Origin: Paragordius varius
Lineage: Eukaryota; Animalia; Nematomorpha
NCBI GenBank assembly: GCA_964247055.1
Contig: OZ176056.1
Coordinates: 4,588,001-4,652,000 of the forward strand
DNA length: 64,000 nucleotides
Reading direction: 5' to 3'
Shown piece after piece: positions 13,201 through 25,666 of the stretch. Within the stretch, counting starts at the first letter, position 1. The number at the start of each line of letters is the position of its first letter. The translations under genes were made by a program, and so were the position numbers. Below the pieces are notes generated by a model, which was given only the letters and a program-made list of their open reading frames with translations, made no database searches and was not told where the DNA came from.

Positions 13201-16200
13201 CCGCAATAACCTTCATATATTTTATAATTTATGTGTAAAAAAATAAAAAAAAGAGTAAATATAACTACCCTCTTTCGTTATGCCAAGTAACGTAGCATTT
13301 GTTAACAAATTATTGTTAATGTTGGTTTGATTATGTATGTTATAAGTTATATTGGTTGACGAGTTAGTATTTGTTGATGTTATATCATTTAACCATTGTG
13401 ATATTTTATTTTGATTGTTCATATGTTGTCCGGTTAGGCTTGTGTTACAATGTTGTTCTGGTATAAATTTGAGTTCTTCTATAAGGAAATTCCTAACACT
13501 ATTCATAGTTTTGAGTAATGAGGCTTTGGCATCTCTCAAAACGCACCATCTTTCATCCCAATGATAAATCTACAAAATAAATTTAAAAGGTAAAAAAATA
13601 AATAAAATTTTAACATTAGTTTTATATTTTTATTGGACAAAGGGTATAAAATATGTTAGTTAAATAATTAATCCGTGGCATTCTATAAAAGCTAACAAAA
13701 AGGTAAATTATTAAAATTTTTAGTTTCATACATCTGTTATAGTATTTGTTTTAAAATAATACATATATATTTAATGTTTAAGTATTTAATTCAAATAAAA
13801 CAAATATAGTGAATATTAAATAGCAACATGAAAAAAGAAATCTATTTAATCGTAAAAATTATAAAAACCATCATTTTATACAAATTTGAGCGGATCCGTT
13901 TCCCTTTAAATAATTTGTAGAAAAAATGATTTATTACCACATCATCCCTTTTAAAATTGAAATCTTTTTTAAAAAAAATTAATTCTCCAAAAAAAATTAA
14001 AAAAAACCTTCCACAGATCGCAGACCGTTAATTCGGGTTGCCAACATTCCTTGCGGTAATGAGCTATGAAAGGTACCTCCAAATTTTGTACCCGTAACAA
14101 ATGTAGGACTTCCCTTATTTTAGCTAAGCACGTTAGTGATTTAGGTTGATAATTTATATCAAGACCGACGGCGCAATTTGCATGAAATATACGCTCCTCT
14201 TCACTCACTACTTTGGGTGGTTTGATTGCTTTCGCCTTATTGTTGCTGTTCGAGGAAGCAAATGGATCATCGTAATCCTGAATTCAGAAGAATGACAGGA
14301 AAAAAATTAATTGATTGATTAAATGAAAAAGTATAAATTCAGGAGATATATATTATAAATAGAAATTAAGCGTATTGTATAAAAAGTTTATGTTTCAACA
14401 TCATTAAACCTAATAATAATACCATATATATACACCACTTACAGTTCAATTCACCCTTGAACGATTTAAATTGACCCTAAAAAAATATGTGTTTTTTAAA
14501 ATTAACCGGTATTTTTTTATATTTTTAAAAAATGAAATTTTGTTTATAATTAATATAATCTGAAAAGATAATAAACTATGCCATAAGAATGTATTTTATA
14601 TAAATAATGATTTTAGCCCTAAAACGCATATTTATTTTAGGGTAAATTTGAATTGATCAGGGGTAAATTTGAATTGTAAATGGTATATTTATTATGATAT
14701 ATAAAAGTTTCAGGAATATTTTCTTTCTACTTAATGAATGGTAAAAATTAAACTTGCTTTGAAACTCATATAGCTAAGCTATAAAACTCGTCTACATTTG
14801 TAATCTAATGTAAGTGTCCCTATATAATATGGGTAAAATACGAAAGTTTCAAAAATCTTTTTTTCCTACTAATTTTATGATTAAGATTATAATCGCTTTG
14901 AAAACTAATGTAAGCTTTAAAACTGGCCTATTTGTATATATTAATGTCAGTGTTATTATATAATTTTGATAAAATTCATAGGTTTCAAGTTTAGTCTTTC
15001 TTTCCAATTATTTTGTAGTAACGACTAAAAAAGCTTTAAAACATATAAACTTTAAAACTGTCTTACTTTTTACGTAATTTCATTACTTTAATTAAATTTT
15101 ATATTAGCTTACATGAATAGGAGCGGTGTTCGAATCTTCTTCAGCACCTGCATTTTGTCCACCAGCCGAATTTCCTGCCAAAGTTACGGTCGTCGGGATT
15201 TCTTGGACACTAAGGGGACCCTGCGTGAAAGCCCTATCAAAGATCCAATCCGTTTCGTCTTGAAGTTCGGTTTCGGTAAAGGGTGGCGACACAACTTTCC
15301 CACTCAAACGCGTTAAAAATCTGTATGGATTCATTTAGCAAAAAAAACTAAATAAAAGAAAGATAATATCAAACACAAAAAATCATTCGGTTAAACAAAA
15401 TGATCAATAGAGGTATTTTCTTTTTGTAAAAAGGTAAACATTTGTTTACAGACATAATTATACCTTTCAGGAGCATCTTGAGATCTGAGCCAAGCATCAG
15501 ACTCCGTCAAATGACGCGCTTCCAATTCTGAAGGCTCATACCATTCATGGATGTTGAGTTTTCGCAAAAATTGCGATGTTTTACCCCCAGTCTCTTTTTT
15601 GCTCCGACGATCTATTAAGTTTTATATATATACAAAAGATATTTAGCCATAAAAATTCCTTTACTATTGGATGTTATTATTTTCTTAATTAAAAAATAAA
15701 TTTTCAATTTCAAACAAGACTCCGTATAATATGATTCGTTTAATTAATGATATAATACTAATCTTTTTTGTTTTAATTAAAAGACTAGCGATAAAATATG
15801 TATGTAAATAAATTTGATTACCAATCGATATTACTAATTTAGTTACAAATTTAAATGCATTATAATATTGAACAAATTACATACATAAATTTACTTATTT
15901 TGAGCGTAGACTTTGAAATGATTAAATTATTTTTTGTATTTAGTTAAATAACTTTATGCTAACTTTCTAAATGTGTGTGGTTGCTTTAACATTTATAAAC
16001 CATTAATTTTATTAATTTTCTAAACACTATTTTTGCATCATAACTGTCAGACCTGGGTTAGTATCATCTTCGGGCCCTTCAAGATCATCATCGATATTGT
16101 CTTCTGCACCATCAAAATTTTCGAAATCAAAATCACAACCAAAAACATCCTGAATTTGCATGAGCGTTTCTTCTAAAATATTAAAACATCACATCACATG

Positions 16201-18248
16201 ACATGACATTTAAATAAAACATAACAATTAAAACCGTAAAAGGTCATAGTTTTGCAAAAATATAAAAATATATACCTTATATGCATTTATATAGAATAAC
16301 TAAATATTTTTCGTCGAAAAAAGTATATCAATCTATGTATAAAAATCTATTTTTGAAAAAAGTATGTCAACATTAAAGTATCAATAATATATCTTTACCT
16401 GAATTTTCATCACGGTATCTACGTTGTTTCTGACCATCGTCTGCCCTTTTTCTCGCAGCACCAGTTGCATTGGCTCGCAGAGACAGCTGTTTTTTTGAAG
16501 AGCCGCGTCGTTGGACATCTGTAGTATCAGGTGGTCCATCCCTCACAATAAAATCATCCATATTGTCGGAATCGTAGTCTTCATCTTCCAATTCCTCATC
16601 CCCAATTATGTAATCATCTGTTCGTTCTTCATCTAATAGGTGTCGTCTTTGATCTCTCCGATGCTCACGTGACCTGTCATTACTATCGTCTGCGCCTCCT
16701 TCCTCTTCATTATCGTATAAGGCATCATCCTGTAATCAGATTGGGTTTTATATTAATCTTATAATGTTAGGAAAGATATCAAATACATACTTTCAAAGAT
16801 GCACAATAAACTTTCATAAAAGATATATATTGAGAACCTAATATTATCATATATAATAATGGAAAATATTGGAGGAAAAGTAGAATGGAGTCGATAGAAA
16901 TAACTATTGATTTTTTCGATTTCAATTATAATAAAATATATTCAATAAAATTATGTTTGGGCACAACTAAATTTCTTGAAATTGCAATAAATTTCAATTT
17001 ATAATAACATGAAATAAACAACTAAAAAAATTATAATTTAAAATCAAAGTACTTGGAATATTTGTTCGGCAATAAGTGTTCTAGAATCTGGCTTTTTCCG
17101 ATCTCGTCGTGTCCGACTTTCAACATTAATGTCCTGATCGGATGCTTCGTTTTCGCTATCCATTCGAATGCGTCTAAACTTTTTACGTTGAACCTAATTA
17201 TATCCAAAAAAATGATAAATAATAAATTTAATGTGTACATTAATACGACACAACTAAAATGGCTAATATAAAAATAATACAATTTAACACTTCATGATCT
17301 TTTCACTTTTCTGTCTTAGTGGACATATTGGGGTAGTTTTATATCCCAAAGCTCAATTTTGTAGATAAACCACTGTTTTAAGTTATTTTGGTTAAAACTT
17401 AATTATCAAACATTGTTCTCATGCATCAAATAAAAAGGTTTATATTCTTTAAAGTTTTGTGACTTCTCGAGTCTACTACACGATCGAAACAAAAAGCTGA
17501 TGTTGAATTCCAAATATAACAAGTTTTTGAAAATATAGCCTGAAAGCTTATTAAATTAATTAATTACATGTTCTAATCATAATATACATTTATTTGCCTG
17601 TTCCATTAGCGATTTATAAAAATTTAGAGAAAAAAATGGCGGTTAAAAAGTTTAAAATGAGGATTTTTTACAATTTTATTTTTTAAAAATAAATTTTTTT
17701 ATAATGCGCCTGAAATAAAAACCTTATATACTTTTTAGGATATTCGAATTTCAATCCGCTAGGAAATATAAAATTACCCCAGAAGGCGATATATGGTTAA
17801 ATAAAGCGCACATAAATATTCTGGAAACAAATATTATATATACAAAAAAACAAAAGGTAGGGTAATGCTTATCAATTAAAACTATAATGTAATTTACTTT
17901 AATGCCCAAATTTTCCTCTATAAGATCATAATCTTCATCCTCTAATTCCGCATCAGATAAATCTTTTTTCTTTTTCCGCTTTTTATCGTGATCATCCTGA
18001 TCCTCAACTTCATTTATTATATTTTCTTCGTTATCATCTAAATATTATGTTATATATTGATCATTATTAAATTATTTAAATTTTAAATAGATATAAATAC
18101 CAATTAAATCTTCTAAATCTTTGTCTAAATCTTCTCCTTCTTCTTCCTCATCGGAATCTAACTGAGGCTCATTCAATAAATATGGTTCATTTTGGGCGTC
18201 ATTTTCATCAATGGACTGCTCAGCCTCGGAATCAACATAATCGGACAT
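939..18248 (-). CDS. SPT6: Transcription elongation factor / histone chaperone SPT6, 27 coding exons in the window, 3' part beyond window start
   Basis: Manual splicing, all GT-AG, all phases consistent with no in-frame stop. Exons in transcript order: 18101-18248, 17898-18037, 17053-17193, 16399-16729, 16053-16172, 15464-15611, 15113-15320, 14008-14277, 13269-13569, 12527-12805, 12004-12065, 11163-11370, 10558-10897, 9964-10199, 9285-9368, 8665-8881, 8047-8126, 6329-6512, 5706-5971, 4924-5246, 4456-4666, 3910-4089, 3238-3329, 2822-3005, 2156-2419, 1613-1747, 939-1094. Spt6 motifs recognised: MSDYVDSEAEQS, DYDLIEENLGIK, YEPSELEARHLT, EVPFIAHYRKE, FGITAAQFAENV, LAKEPALRKHVR, ERDEYSAVAQAWNGQR, RPHVIAVG, LSLARRVQDPLMEFAQ, FIDRVNEVGLDL, LVQYLSGLGPRKG, GLGPRVFVNLAGFIRID. 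Confidence 0.96.
1171..1225. repeat. Compound microsatellite (AT)n(GT)n in SPT6 intron 26
   Basis: Directly visible AT dinucleotide run followed by a GT run. Confidence 0.95.
6525..7340. repeat. Degenerate AT-rich minisatellite (units ~75-190 bp) in SPT6 intron 17
   Basis: Recurring blocks ATATATGTGAGCAAAAATTTAG (~6528, 6623, 6757) and CTATATCGTTTTGGGTTGAAA-like (~6697, 6821, 7008, 7083). Boundaries approximate. Confidence 0.7.
14428..14688. mobile_element. MITE family A, complete ~260-bp copy with TIRs, in SPT6 intron 7
   Basis: Left end TACACCACTTACAGTTCAATTCACCC is an imperfect inverted repeat of the right end GGGTAAATTTGAATTGTAAATGGTATA. TA-rich flanks; internal sequence shared with 1-150 and 43447-43680. 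Superfamily uncertain (TA flank suggests Tc1/mariner-derived). Confidence 0.75.
17288..17796. mobile_element. TTAA-flanked piggyBac-like MITE (subfamily B) in SPT6 intron 2
   Basis: TTAA at 17284-17287 and 17797-17800. Left end CACTT; subterminal inverted repeat GGGGTAGTTTTATAT (17330-17344) / ATATAAAATTACCCC (17766-17780). The ATTGGGGTAGTT motif is shared with family E ends. Confidence 0.65.
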
Positions 18249-18689
18249 TTTATTTGTTTTAGCGACCGAATGAAAAACCAACTGACAATACTGTGTTTGT
18301 AGTGTATATCATCAAAATATTTAATTTGTTGCCAATTAATCTAAATCACAATTAATGAAAAGAACAGACAACTTATGAAAATTAAATGATTCTTAAGTAA
18401 GCTATTGGATACTTAATTCTGATACAATTGATAACTTAATGAATGGAATTCAAATTATGGTGACCCCAGCCCATATATTATAAAACAATCAATAAAAAGG
18501 ATTGTTTTAAATTTACGCTTTCCTTTAATTTTTATAACAAAAAAGTTTATAAAAACTATTATCAGTTAACAATCTTTGCCAAATATCGTGCGTATCGCCT
18601 AAATTATAATAATTGCGAAAATAAAACAAAACACTAATAAATAAAAAGTCGTTTGTCTTTATATATATATATATATAGCAATGCAGATA

Positions 18690-19870
18690 TTTCATATTCA
18701 AATTTTTACCTAATTCATGAAACAAGTTATTTATACGTTTGTGGTAGATACTCCATAAAAAATGGTAAAATTTGCGCACATTTATGTAAAATTTTAGTAA
18801 CAAGCTTTATTTAAAAAACATCACCAAAATATATTTTAAACTACTAAATAGGTTTTTTATAAAATTTAAAATTTAAGAGGGCTCTCAAAAATTCCATATT
18901 TTCCTTCAATAATGGGCTAGTTCTGTCAAAATAAACATAAAAATGCCGGGTTTTCGCTAACAAATGCTAGGTTTCGTCATATTTGATCTCAAATATCCAG
19001 AAATGAGGAAGCGCACAGCTAATTTTCAGCATGAAAAACGATATCAAATCCTCTAATATATTGTTAACTAGTTTTTTAAAATAGACGCAAAGATCCCGCG
19101 ATTGCGCAAAATGAAATATGCATATGCTGAATTTATACATAAAATAATAATATTTTGTAAAATATAATTTTTTTCAAAAATTTGATTTTTAGCATTTGTT
19201 GAAGCCTAGTTCCATACTATTTTGTAGCCAATAGAAACGGTATACAAACCGTTTAAGATATTGAAAAAGCGCCTAATATAATTCGATGATGCTATACATT
19301 TCTATCACCTCAGAATTTTGAATAGAAGATTTTTTACTCTTCACATTTATAAATGTATGGTGTTTTGTTATAAACCCAAACTTTTAAATTATTCCGAAAT
19401 GATTCAAATATTTAGCATCATCAAATTATACCATATAAAATTCAAATTCACCCTAAAATTAAATTAGTTTTCGGGCTAATATAACTCATCATTAATAAGA
19501 AATATATCTTTATGTCATAGTTTATAATTTTTTCAGTCGTACTAATCTTAAACATAATCACATTTTTTAAATATAAAAAAATCTAAGTATTTTTAATTTC
19601 ATATGCATTTTTTCAATAATATTGATGCCATAATCGAGCATATATTAAATTTTATCAGGAAAACTCGGCATTTCGTTTATTAAGAAATTGTAACTTTCCG
19701 AACCCACATCTACAATTAAGATTTCATAAAAATATTCTTTTGCTTTTATATGTTGTTTATGATGATAATATTTGGGATAAGGCTTGGTTTATCAAATTAT
19801 TTAAAAAAATGAGCGCAAATTTTGCCATTTTTACAGAGCATTTACCACAAGTTTAAATAACTTTTTAAAT
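18690..19870. repeat. Dispersed non-coding repeat (family C), probable old non-autonomous DNA transposon with inverted arms, upstream of SPT6
   Basis: 18715-18790 is an approximate reverse complement of 19800-19870. The core (TTTGTTGAAGC..., GATGCT..ATTT.TATCACCTC) recurs at ~44980-45125 and ~54400-54510, and the arm motif recurs at ~20410-20460 and ~54950-55000. Termini not resolved. Confidence 0.45.
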
Positions 19871-20879
19871 CCGTCGTAAAAGTCAAAACAAAAAGCATTT
19901 TTTATGCTACTCCTGATACATTTTATTAATATATATATCAGGTATTTTTTGTGGACCCTGTGTAAGTGCCTTTGCAGAAGTTTAAATTTATTCCATATTT
20001 TGGAATTTTAAAAAAAAGGCTCGGGGTCACCACCAAATTTAAACAAAATTGTGCTGTAAGCAAGTGTAAAATTGAAAAATTCTATAACTACTCTTTCGGA
20101 TAAGTTACGAAATTTGTAACTCTTTATTTCTATTATTAAGTTTTACCTCAGTCATATTCAAATTAAATCGTAAAGTAGGGTTCTCGATGAAGTTAAAAGA
20201 TGAGGCTATTATCGTCCAAGAGAACCATCATGATATTTAAAACAACCCATAAAGTTCCAAATTTCATGTCTATAATGAATTAGATATGCAAAATTCGTGG
20301 TATAAAAAAATCGTGATGGACATATATTTTGATAAATAAATCTATCAGAATTATCATGGTGTTTTTTGTTTTGAAGCTTACGAGTTATATAAGAAAGTCA
20401 TTACACTTTTGTGGTAACTAATCCATAGAAAATGGCAAAATTTGGGCACATTTCGTTGAATAAATTTCGTTTGGCGAAAATTGAATCCTTCATCTAAATA
20501 TATCAGTAAAATATATTACAAATTATATATAAACTTAAAACAATTTTTATATAAATTATTGGCTGGGAAGTCCTAAATTTTTGGAAATGTCTAAAACGAA
20601 CAATTATTTTTAAACTAAACGCAAGTTGATATTTCGCGATAAAAATTTAAATAAGCTTGACATCAAGAAAATTATATTAGAAAAAATGCTACCTTTGTTT
20701 AAAATTTAATTTTAAAATTTTAATGAAGCTCCCTTGAGGTCTTTTAAATTATGGTAAAAATGGTATAAATACGCTCTATGATATAAACATTTTTTCAATA
20801 TTCGTGACGTTTTTATCATCTAAAATTTTTGATTAAAACACTTGTGAAACGTCAAAATTTAAATTATTATTATTTTATG

Positions 20880-21560
20880 CATTGTCACTCGTGAGAGCGG
20901 TGATGTGAGACACCTGTCTCGCCATAGAACTCTATCTATAGCGTCTTCTGCTTTTAGCTCATATTCTGCTCGCTCTTTTTTATTGTGTCCATCCATTTCG
21001 TTTTGAGGCTTCCTGGTTTATTGTTTTTGCAATATAACTAGAGTCTCTCCTTTCAATGTGCCCCCACCAACGTAGCCTATTTTTGTCATTCTTTCGTTCA
21101 TTGATTTATCAACTGTACTCCCACGTATATATCTATTCTTTACTTTGCCCTTTCTTAATACTCCCTACATCATCCTAAACATTTTCATTTTTGTATCGCT
21201 AAAATGTCTTTATTTGGATTTTTTGACGCCCACCTGGGAATTATACATCATTGTGGGAACAACCACTGTATATCTTACCTTCTACTTTAACAATACTAAC
21301 GCATAACATGCTGTACATTTTCTTCAAATTTACCCAACTGCTCTTAATCCTTTAATTAATATCGTCGGTTAACGATCCATCTGAACTTAACGTAGCCCCA
21401 AAATATGCACTTTCCTTTCCCTTCAAAACTGACCTCGCATCAACCTCCATTTCATGTGTTGACCCCAAAGCTATAGAATTCAGTTTTTGCTTGACTTTCA
21501 GACCTAACTCTATTAATTTAACCCATTTGTTTACCGTTTGGTTTAACTCAGCCACTGTTT
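20880..21560 (-). mobile_element. 5'-truncated, decayed RTE-clade non-LTR retrotransposon (RT C-terminal region)
   Basis: Minus-strand translation across stops and frameshifts gives YFGATLSSDGSLTDDIN*RIKSSWVNLKK...VVVPTMMY...KNRLRWWGHIERRD...TKWMDTIKK...EDAIDRVLWR, typical of the RTE ORF 3' end. Confidence 0.85.
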
Positions 21561-21865
21561 AAATATTTTGTAAACACAATTTATATTAAAATTAAAAAAT
21601 TCTGAGCTGATAGATGTTTAGCTTCAACTTCAGAATTGTATATATATTAATGTGTTTTTAGACCGTTCCATAAAACTTCATTCAAAAGACGATATTACTT
21701 GTTTTACAATCAATTTCTGGAATTTTTTTAAATATCAAAATTTACCATATATTTATTATTTTTATCGCGCAATATCCGCATTTGGTTTAGTTTAAGAAAA
21801 TGGCCACTTCAGACGGATGCAAAATTTTGAACGGTGGTCACATCTAAAGTACTTTTATAAAAATA

Positions 21866-22396
21866 CTAGCGTAAGGAAGTCCTTCGGACTTCTGATGGGG
21901 GGGTTATTTGAACAAAGGGACAATAAAATGATCCACATATATGGGTTATTTCCAAACATTATTTAATAGCTATGATCTCATAGGAATTTAAAAACGGTGC
22001 ATTTATACTAATATATTGTTTAATTTGGCGAAAAATAGATTCAAAAAATTTTTTTTGTGGACTTAATTTTTTTGAAAAAAATGGCATTTTACGGGGGGAG
22101 CGGGTAAAAAGAGGGCCTAAATTAAAAAAGTTAGCCGACTATGTTCGGCGCAATTGAAAATAAGTAAAAACAAATCATATATAAAATCGAATGGCGCACC
22201 AGGTTTTCGGGAAAATGACTCGACACGACTTTTGTGGACATTGTTTTTTTAAAAAAAACTATTTTTACACGGGGACAAAGCTATTGGCGAGGCATCCATT
22301 AATGATTATATTTTTCGACATTTGGATTTGAATGGGCTTACCGGTTTTCCGGAAACAAATCATAAAGCCAGAATTCCATTTTTATAAATATAAAGA
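21866..22396 (-). mobile_element. Non-autonomous Helitron copy H1 (left arm of palindrome)
   Basis: On minus: A|TCTTTATATTTATAAAAATGG 5' end, GAAGTCCGAAGGACTTC hairpin, CTAG|T 3' end. The terminal GCTGC-GCAGC hairpin seen in H4 and H6 is absent. Confidence 0.8.
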
Positions 22397-22464
22397 TGAC
22401 CATAAATAATGTTTTATTATATATACTTTTTTATATCATATACATATGATAGATAAATAAATAA

Positions 22465-23030
22465 TCTATATATTTATAAAAATGGAAAATGCTGGCTTTG
22501 TGATCTGTTTCCGGAAAACCGGTAAACCCATTCAAATCCAAATGTCAATAAAATATAATCATTAATGAATTCCCTGACAATAGCTTCGCCCTTTTTTTGA
22601 ATTAGGCCCCCCACCACGTGTATTAAACGGTTTTTTGAAAACAGAAGTCCGCAAAAATCGTGTTTTTGAGACAATTTTCTGGAGAACGTGTTGGATCATT
22701 CAGTTTCAAATATGATTTTTGTTTAGTTATTTTCGATTGCGCCGAACATAGTCGGCTCGCTTTTTTAATTTAAACGCTCTTTTTACCCGCTCCCCCTGTA
22801 AAATGCCATCTTTTTCAAAAATATTAAGTCCATAAATATAATTTTTTGAATCTATTTTAGCCCAAGTAAACAATATATTAGTATGTATGCACCGTTTTAA
22901 AATTCCTATGAGATCATAGTTATTAAATAATGTTTCGAAATATTTCACATATGTGGATCATTTTATTGTCCCTTTGTTCAAATAACCCCCCCCCCCAACC
23001 AGAAGTCCGAAGGACTTCCTTTTGCGCTAG
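22465..23030 (+). mobile_element. Non-autonomous Helitron copy H2 (right arm of palindrome; possibly extends to a second 3' end at ~23247)
   Basis: A|TCTATATATTTATAAAAATGGAAAATGCTGG 5' end; GAAGTCCGAAGGACTTC hairpin; ...GCGCTAG|T at 23030. Terminal hairpin absent here, but an orphan GCGTAGCAGCACGAGATTTACGATAG lies at 23221-23246. Confidence 0.82.
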
Positions 23031-23389
23031 TATTTTTATAAAAGTATTTTAGATGTGACCACCGTTCAAAATTTTGCATCCGTCTGAAGTGGTCATTTTC
23101 TAAAACTAAACGCGCAAATGCGGATGCGCGAATATTAAATATATGGTAAATTTTGATTTTAAATAAATTCCAGAAATTGATTTACTTAAAAGTATAATTC
23201 AAAGTATTGTGAAACAAGATGCGTAGCAGCACGAGATTTACGATAGTAAAACAAACTTATACGATTTTATGTTTAAAATTAATAAAGTCTGATTGATCAT
23301 TTAATTGTCTCGTTTGAATATTGAGACAGACAATTTTATTTGAAAGGAGCATAAAATATTTTTGATTTTATAATCAATTTTAATTAATA

Positions 23390-24092
23390 GTTCAATGATA
23401 GCGCATTTTTTAGGGAGTAAAGGGCCTATTTAACGGCTAATTAAAAAATCCGATCGACTTAAATTTTTGACTTTTTACGGGTAATACTTTAAGCAGCTAG
23501 TAAACTCATATGGCCTCATATGTTTTCTAAAATTTAGCCCCAAAAGCACGCTATTTCGATATGATGAGTCAGTTTTTCGCGAGTAACTCCTTACCCAACA
23601 GCTGTCATCAAAGAAACGCTTGAATAAAATTTTTGCCTTTTAACAGGGAATTCGTGGAATCCTTATTGAATTTATACGGTCTCATACCTTGGGCAAAAAT
23701 CGATTCGAAAAATTATTTTTGTGAACTTTGTTTTTTGGAAAAAATGGCATTTTACGGGGAAGCGGCTAAAAAGAGGGCTTAAATTAAAAAAGCGAGCTGA
23801 TTATGTTCGGCGGAATCGAAAATAAGTAACGAAAATTATATTTAAAATTGAATGGTCCAACACGTTCACCGGAAAATTGTCTCAAAGACATGATTTTTGT
23901 GGATATTGTTTTCAAAAAAACCGTTTTTTACACGGGGTGGGCCCGAACCAGGGGCCTAATTTAAAAAAGGGGCGAAGCTATTGTCGGGGCATTCATTAAT
24001 GATTATATTTTTTCGAAATTTGGATTTGAATGGGTTTACCTGTTTTAGGAAACAGATAACAAAGCCAGCATTTTCCATTTTTATAAATATAT
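23390..24092 (-). mobile_element. Helitron family copy H3, 3'-truncated
   Basis: The reverse complement of the family 5' region (AAAGCCAGCATTTTCCATTTTTATAAATAT) at 24061-24090, plus internal homology to H6, H7 and H8. Confidence 0.75.
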
Positions 24093-24429
24093 TTGTTAAG
24101 TAGCTTTATAATATGGTTTATCATATATTTTTAAAATAAAGCATTTAGTTTTTACAATAATGTATGTGTTTCATTTTCTTATATGGCAGTTACCACAAAG
24201 GTAATAACTTTCCTATATCACCCATAAGGCCGAAAATCAAAAGCATCCATGAGAATTCCGATATATTTATCTATTAAAATAAAGATCTTGCATGAAGGTA
24301 TTTATCTATGTACGCTGTGTGATTAAAGTAATTTTTTAGCAGATTTCCATCAAAATTTAATGAATTCGTATATCTTTAAAAAGTAAACCTTATTTAAATA
24401 GACAATTTATTGTTTATAAATGTGTGTTA

Positions 24430-25666
24430 ACATTGATCTTTTTACTTTATCCGCGATAATATATTGGGGTAGTTTTAAACTCTTAATCTTGAAACTGCTG
24501 TTTTCAAAGTTATTTTAGTTAAAATTTTATAATCAAAACTTTTTTTCCAGCTTTGTAAATTCTAACTAGAGTCTTAAAATTAGGACATTTCCAAAATCTG
24601 ATTAAAATAAACATCCGATTTTTATAAATAACAAAGTTTTGCTGGTGCTTATTAAAATTAATTATTGTTATTTTCTAACCATAAATATAAAATTATTTGC
24701 CTTTTGTATTATTATTAATATAAAAATTAAAAAATTAGAGTTTAAGATGCGTTATTAATTTTACATTTTTAAAACTCCATTGCTTTTTGGGGTGGTTTAT
24801 ATCCCAGTTTGAAATTAGAATGTTTATAAATTTACGATATTAAGCCGAATTTAAAAATAGGCTTTTTATAACCTTTTAGGCGCATTATACAAAATTTTTT
24901 TAAAATTAAAATTGCATAAAAATGCTTATCTCAAACTTTTTTGATGCCATTTTTTTCTACAATTCTTTTAAGATCGCCTATTAGGCAAAATAATATATAT
25001 TATGGTTTAAATATATAAATTTAATAAGCTTTCAGGCTACATTTTACCAGCAAAAATTTGATATAGATTGATTTATCTGTTTTTATCGTTATTTGAGATT
25101 ATCCTAATTTTAAACTGTAGAAGTCACAATATAAAAATATAAGCTCTTTTACATAATTATGTGAATTTAATTAAAACTCTGTAATTTATTTACAAAATTG
25201 AGCTCGTATATAAAACTACCCCAAAAGGTAATCAGGACTAAAAGTGAAAATGTAATAGGTGCCAAACTACTCAAGATACGGTTTAAGTTTTGTTGCTGCC
25301 AGAAATTATAAATAAGTTTTAGAGAAATAAACTACTTTGATGCCATTTTTGTTTTACAATATTTTTGCAAAACATCTTGTTTTCTAAGGCTAAATTAAAG
25401 TTAAATTTTATTGAAATCACATCTTTTATTGAAAAATGGAAAAAGTGTTTTATAGAGGCCAGATTATATGTTGTCTAAATTTGTACCTTCATTATAAAAT
25501 AAAAAAATCATTATAATCTTTTTTATGTATCGGTGCATCAATATATATCCACAAACATTTACAATGGTTTTAATTAATTCAACATTGTAAATATTTGATT
25601 TTGGATAGGCTGTTCTCCAAAACCCCAATTTGAATTGGAGGAAAATGAATGTGCTGCATCCAAGGG
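24430..25666. mobile_element. Cluster of degraded piggyBac-like MITEs (subfamilies B and E)
   Basis: ATTGGGGTAGTTTTAAA at ~24465, TAAAACTACCCC at ~25211, E-like internal sequence 25330-25400, and a terminus CCCCAATTTGAA...GCATCCAAGGG|TTAA (TTAA at 25667-25670), i.e. the canonical piggyBac TTAA|CCCT end. Confidence 0.55.

Noticed and set aside
17031-17282. 83-aa minus-strand ORF and the 72-aa plus-strand ORF 17053-17271
   Set aside because: Alternative frames over SPT6 exon 3, whose true frame is VQRKKFRRIR...IAEQIFQ.
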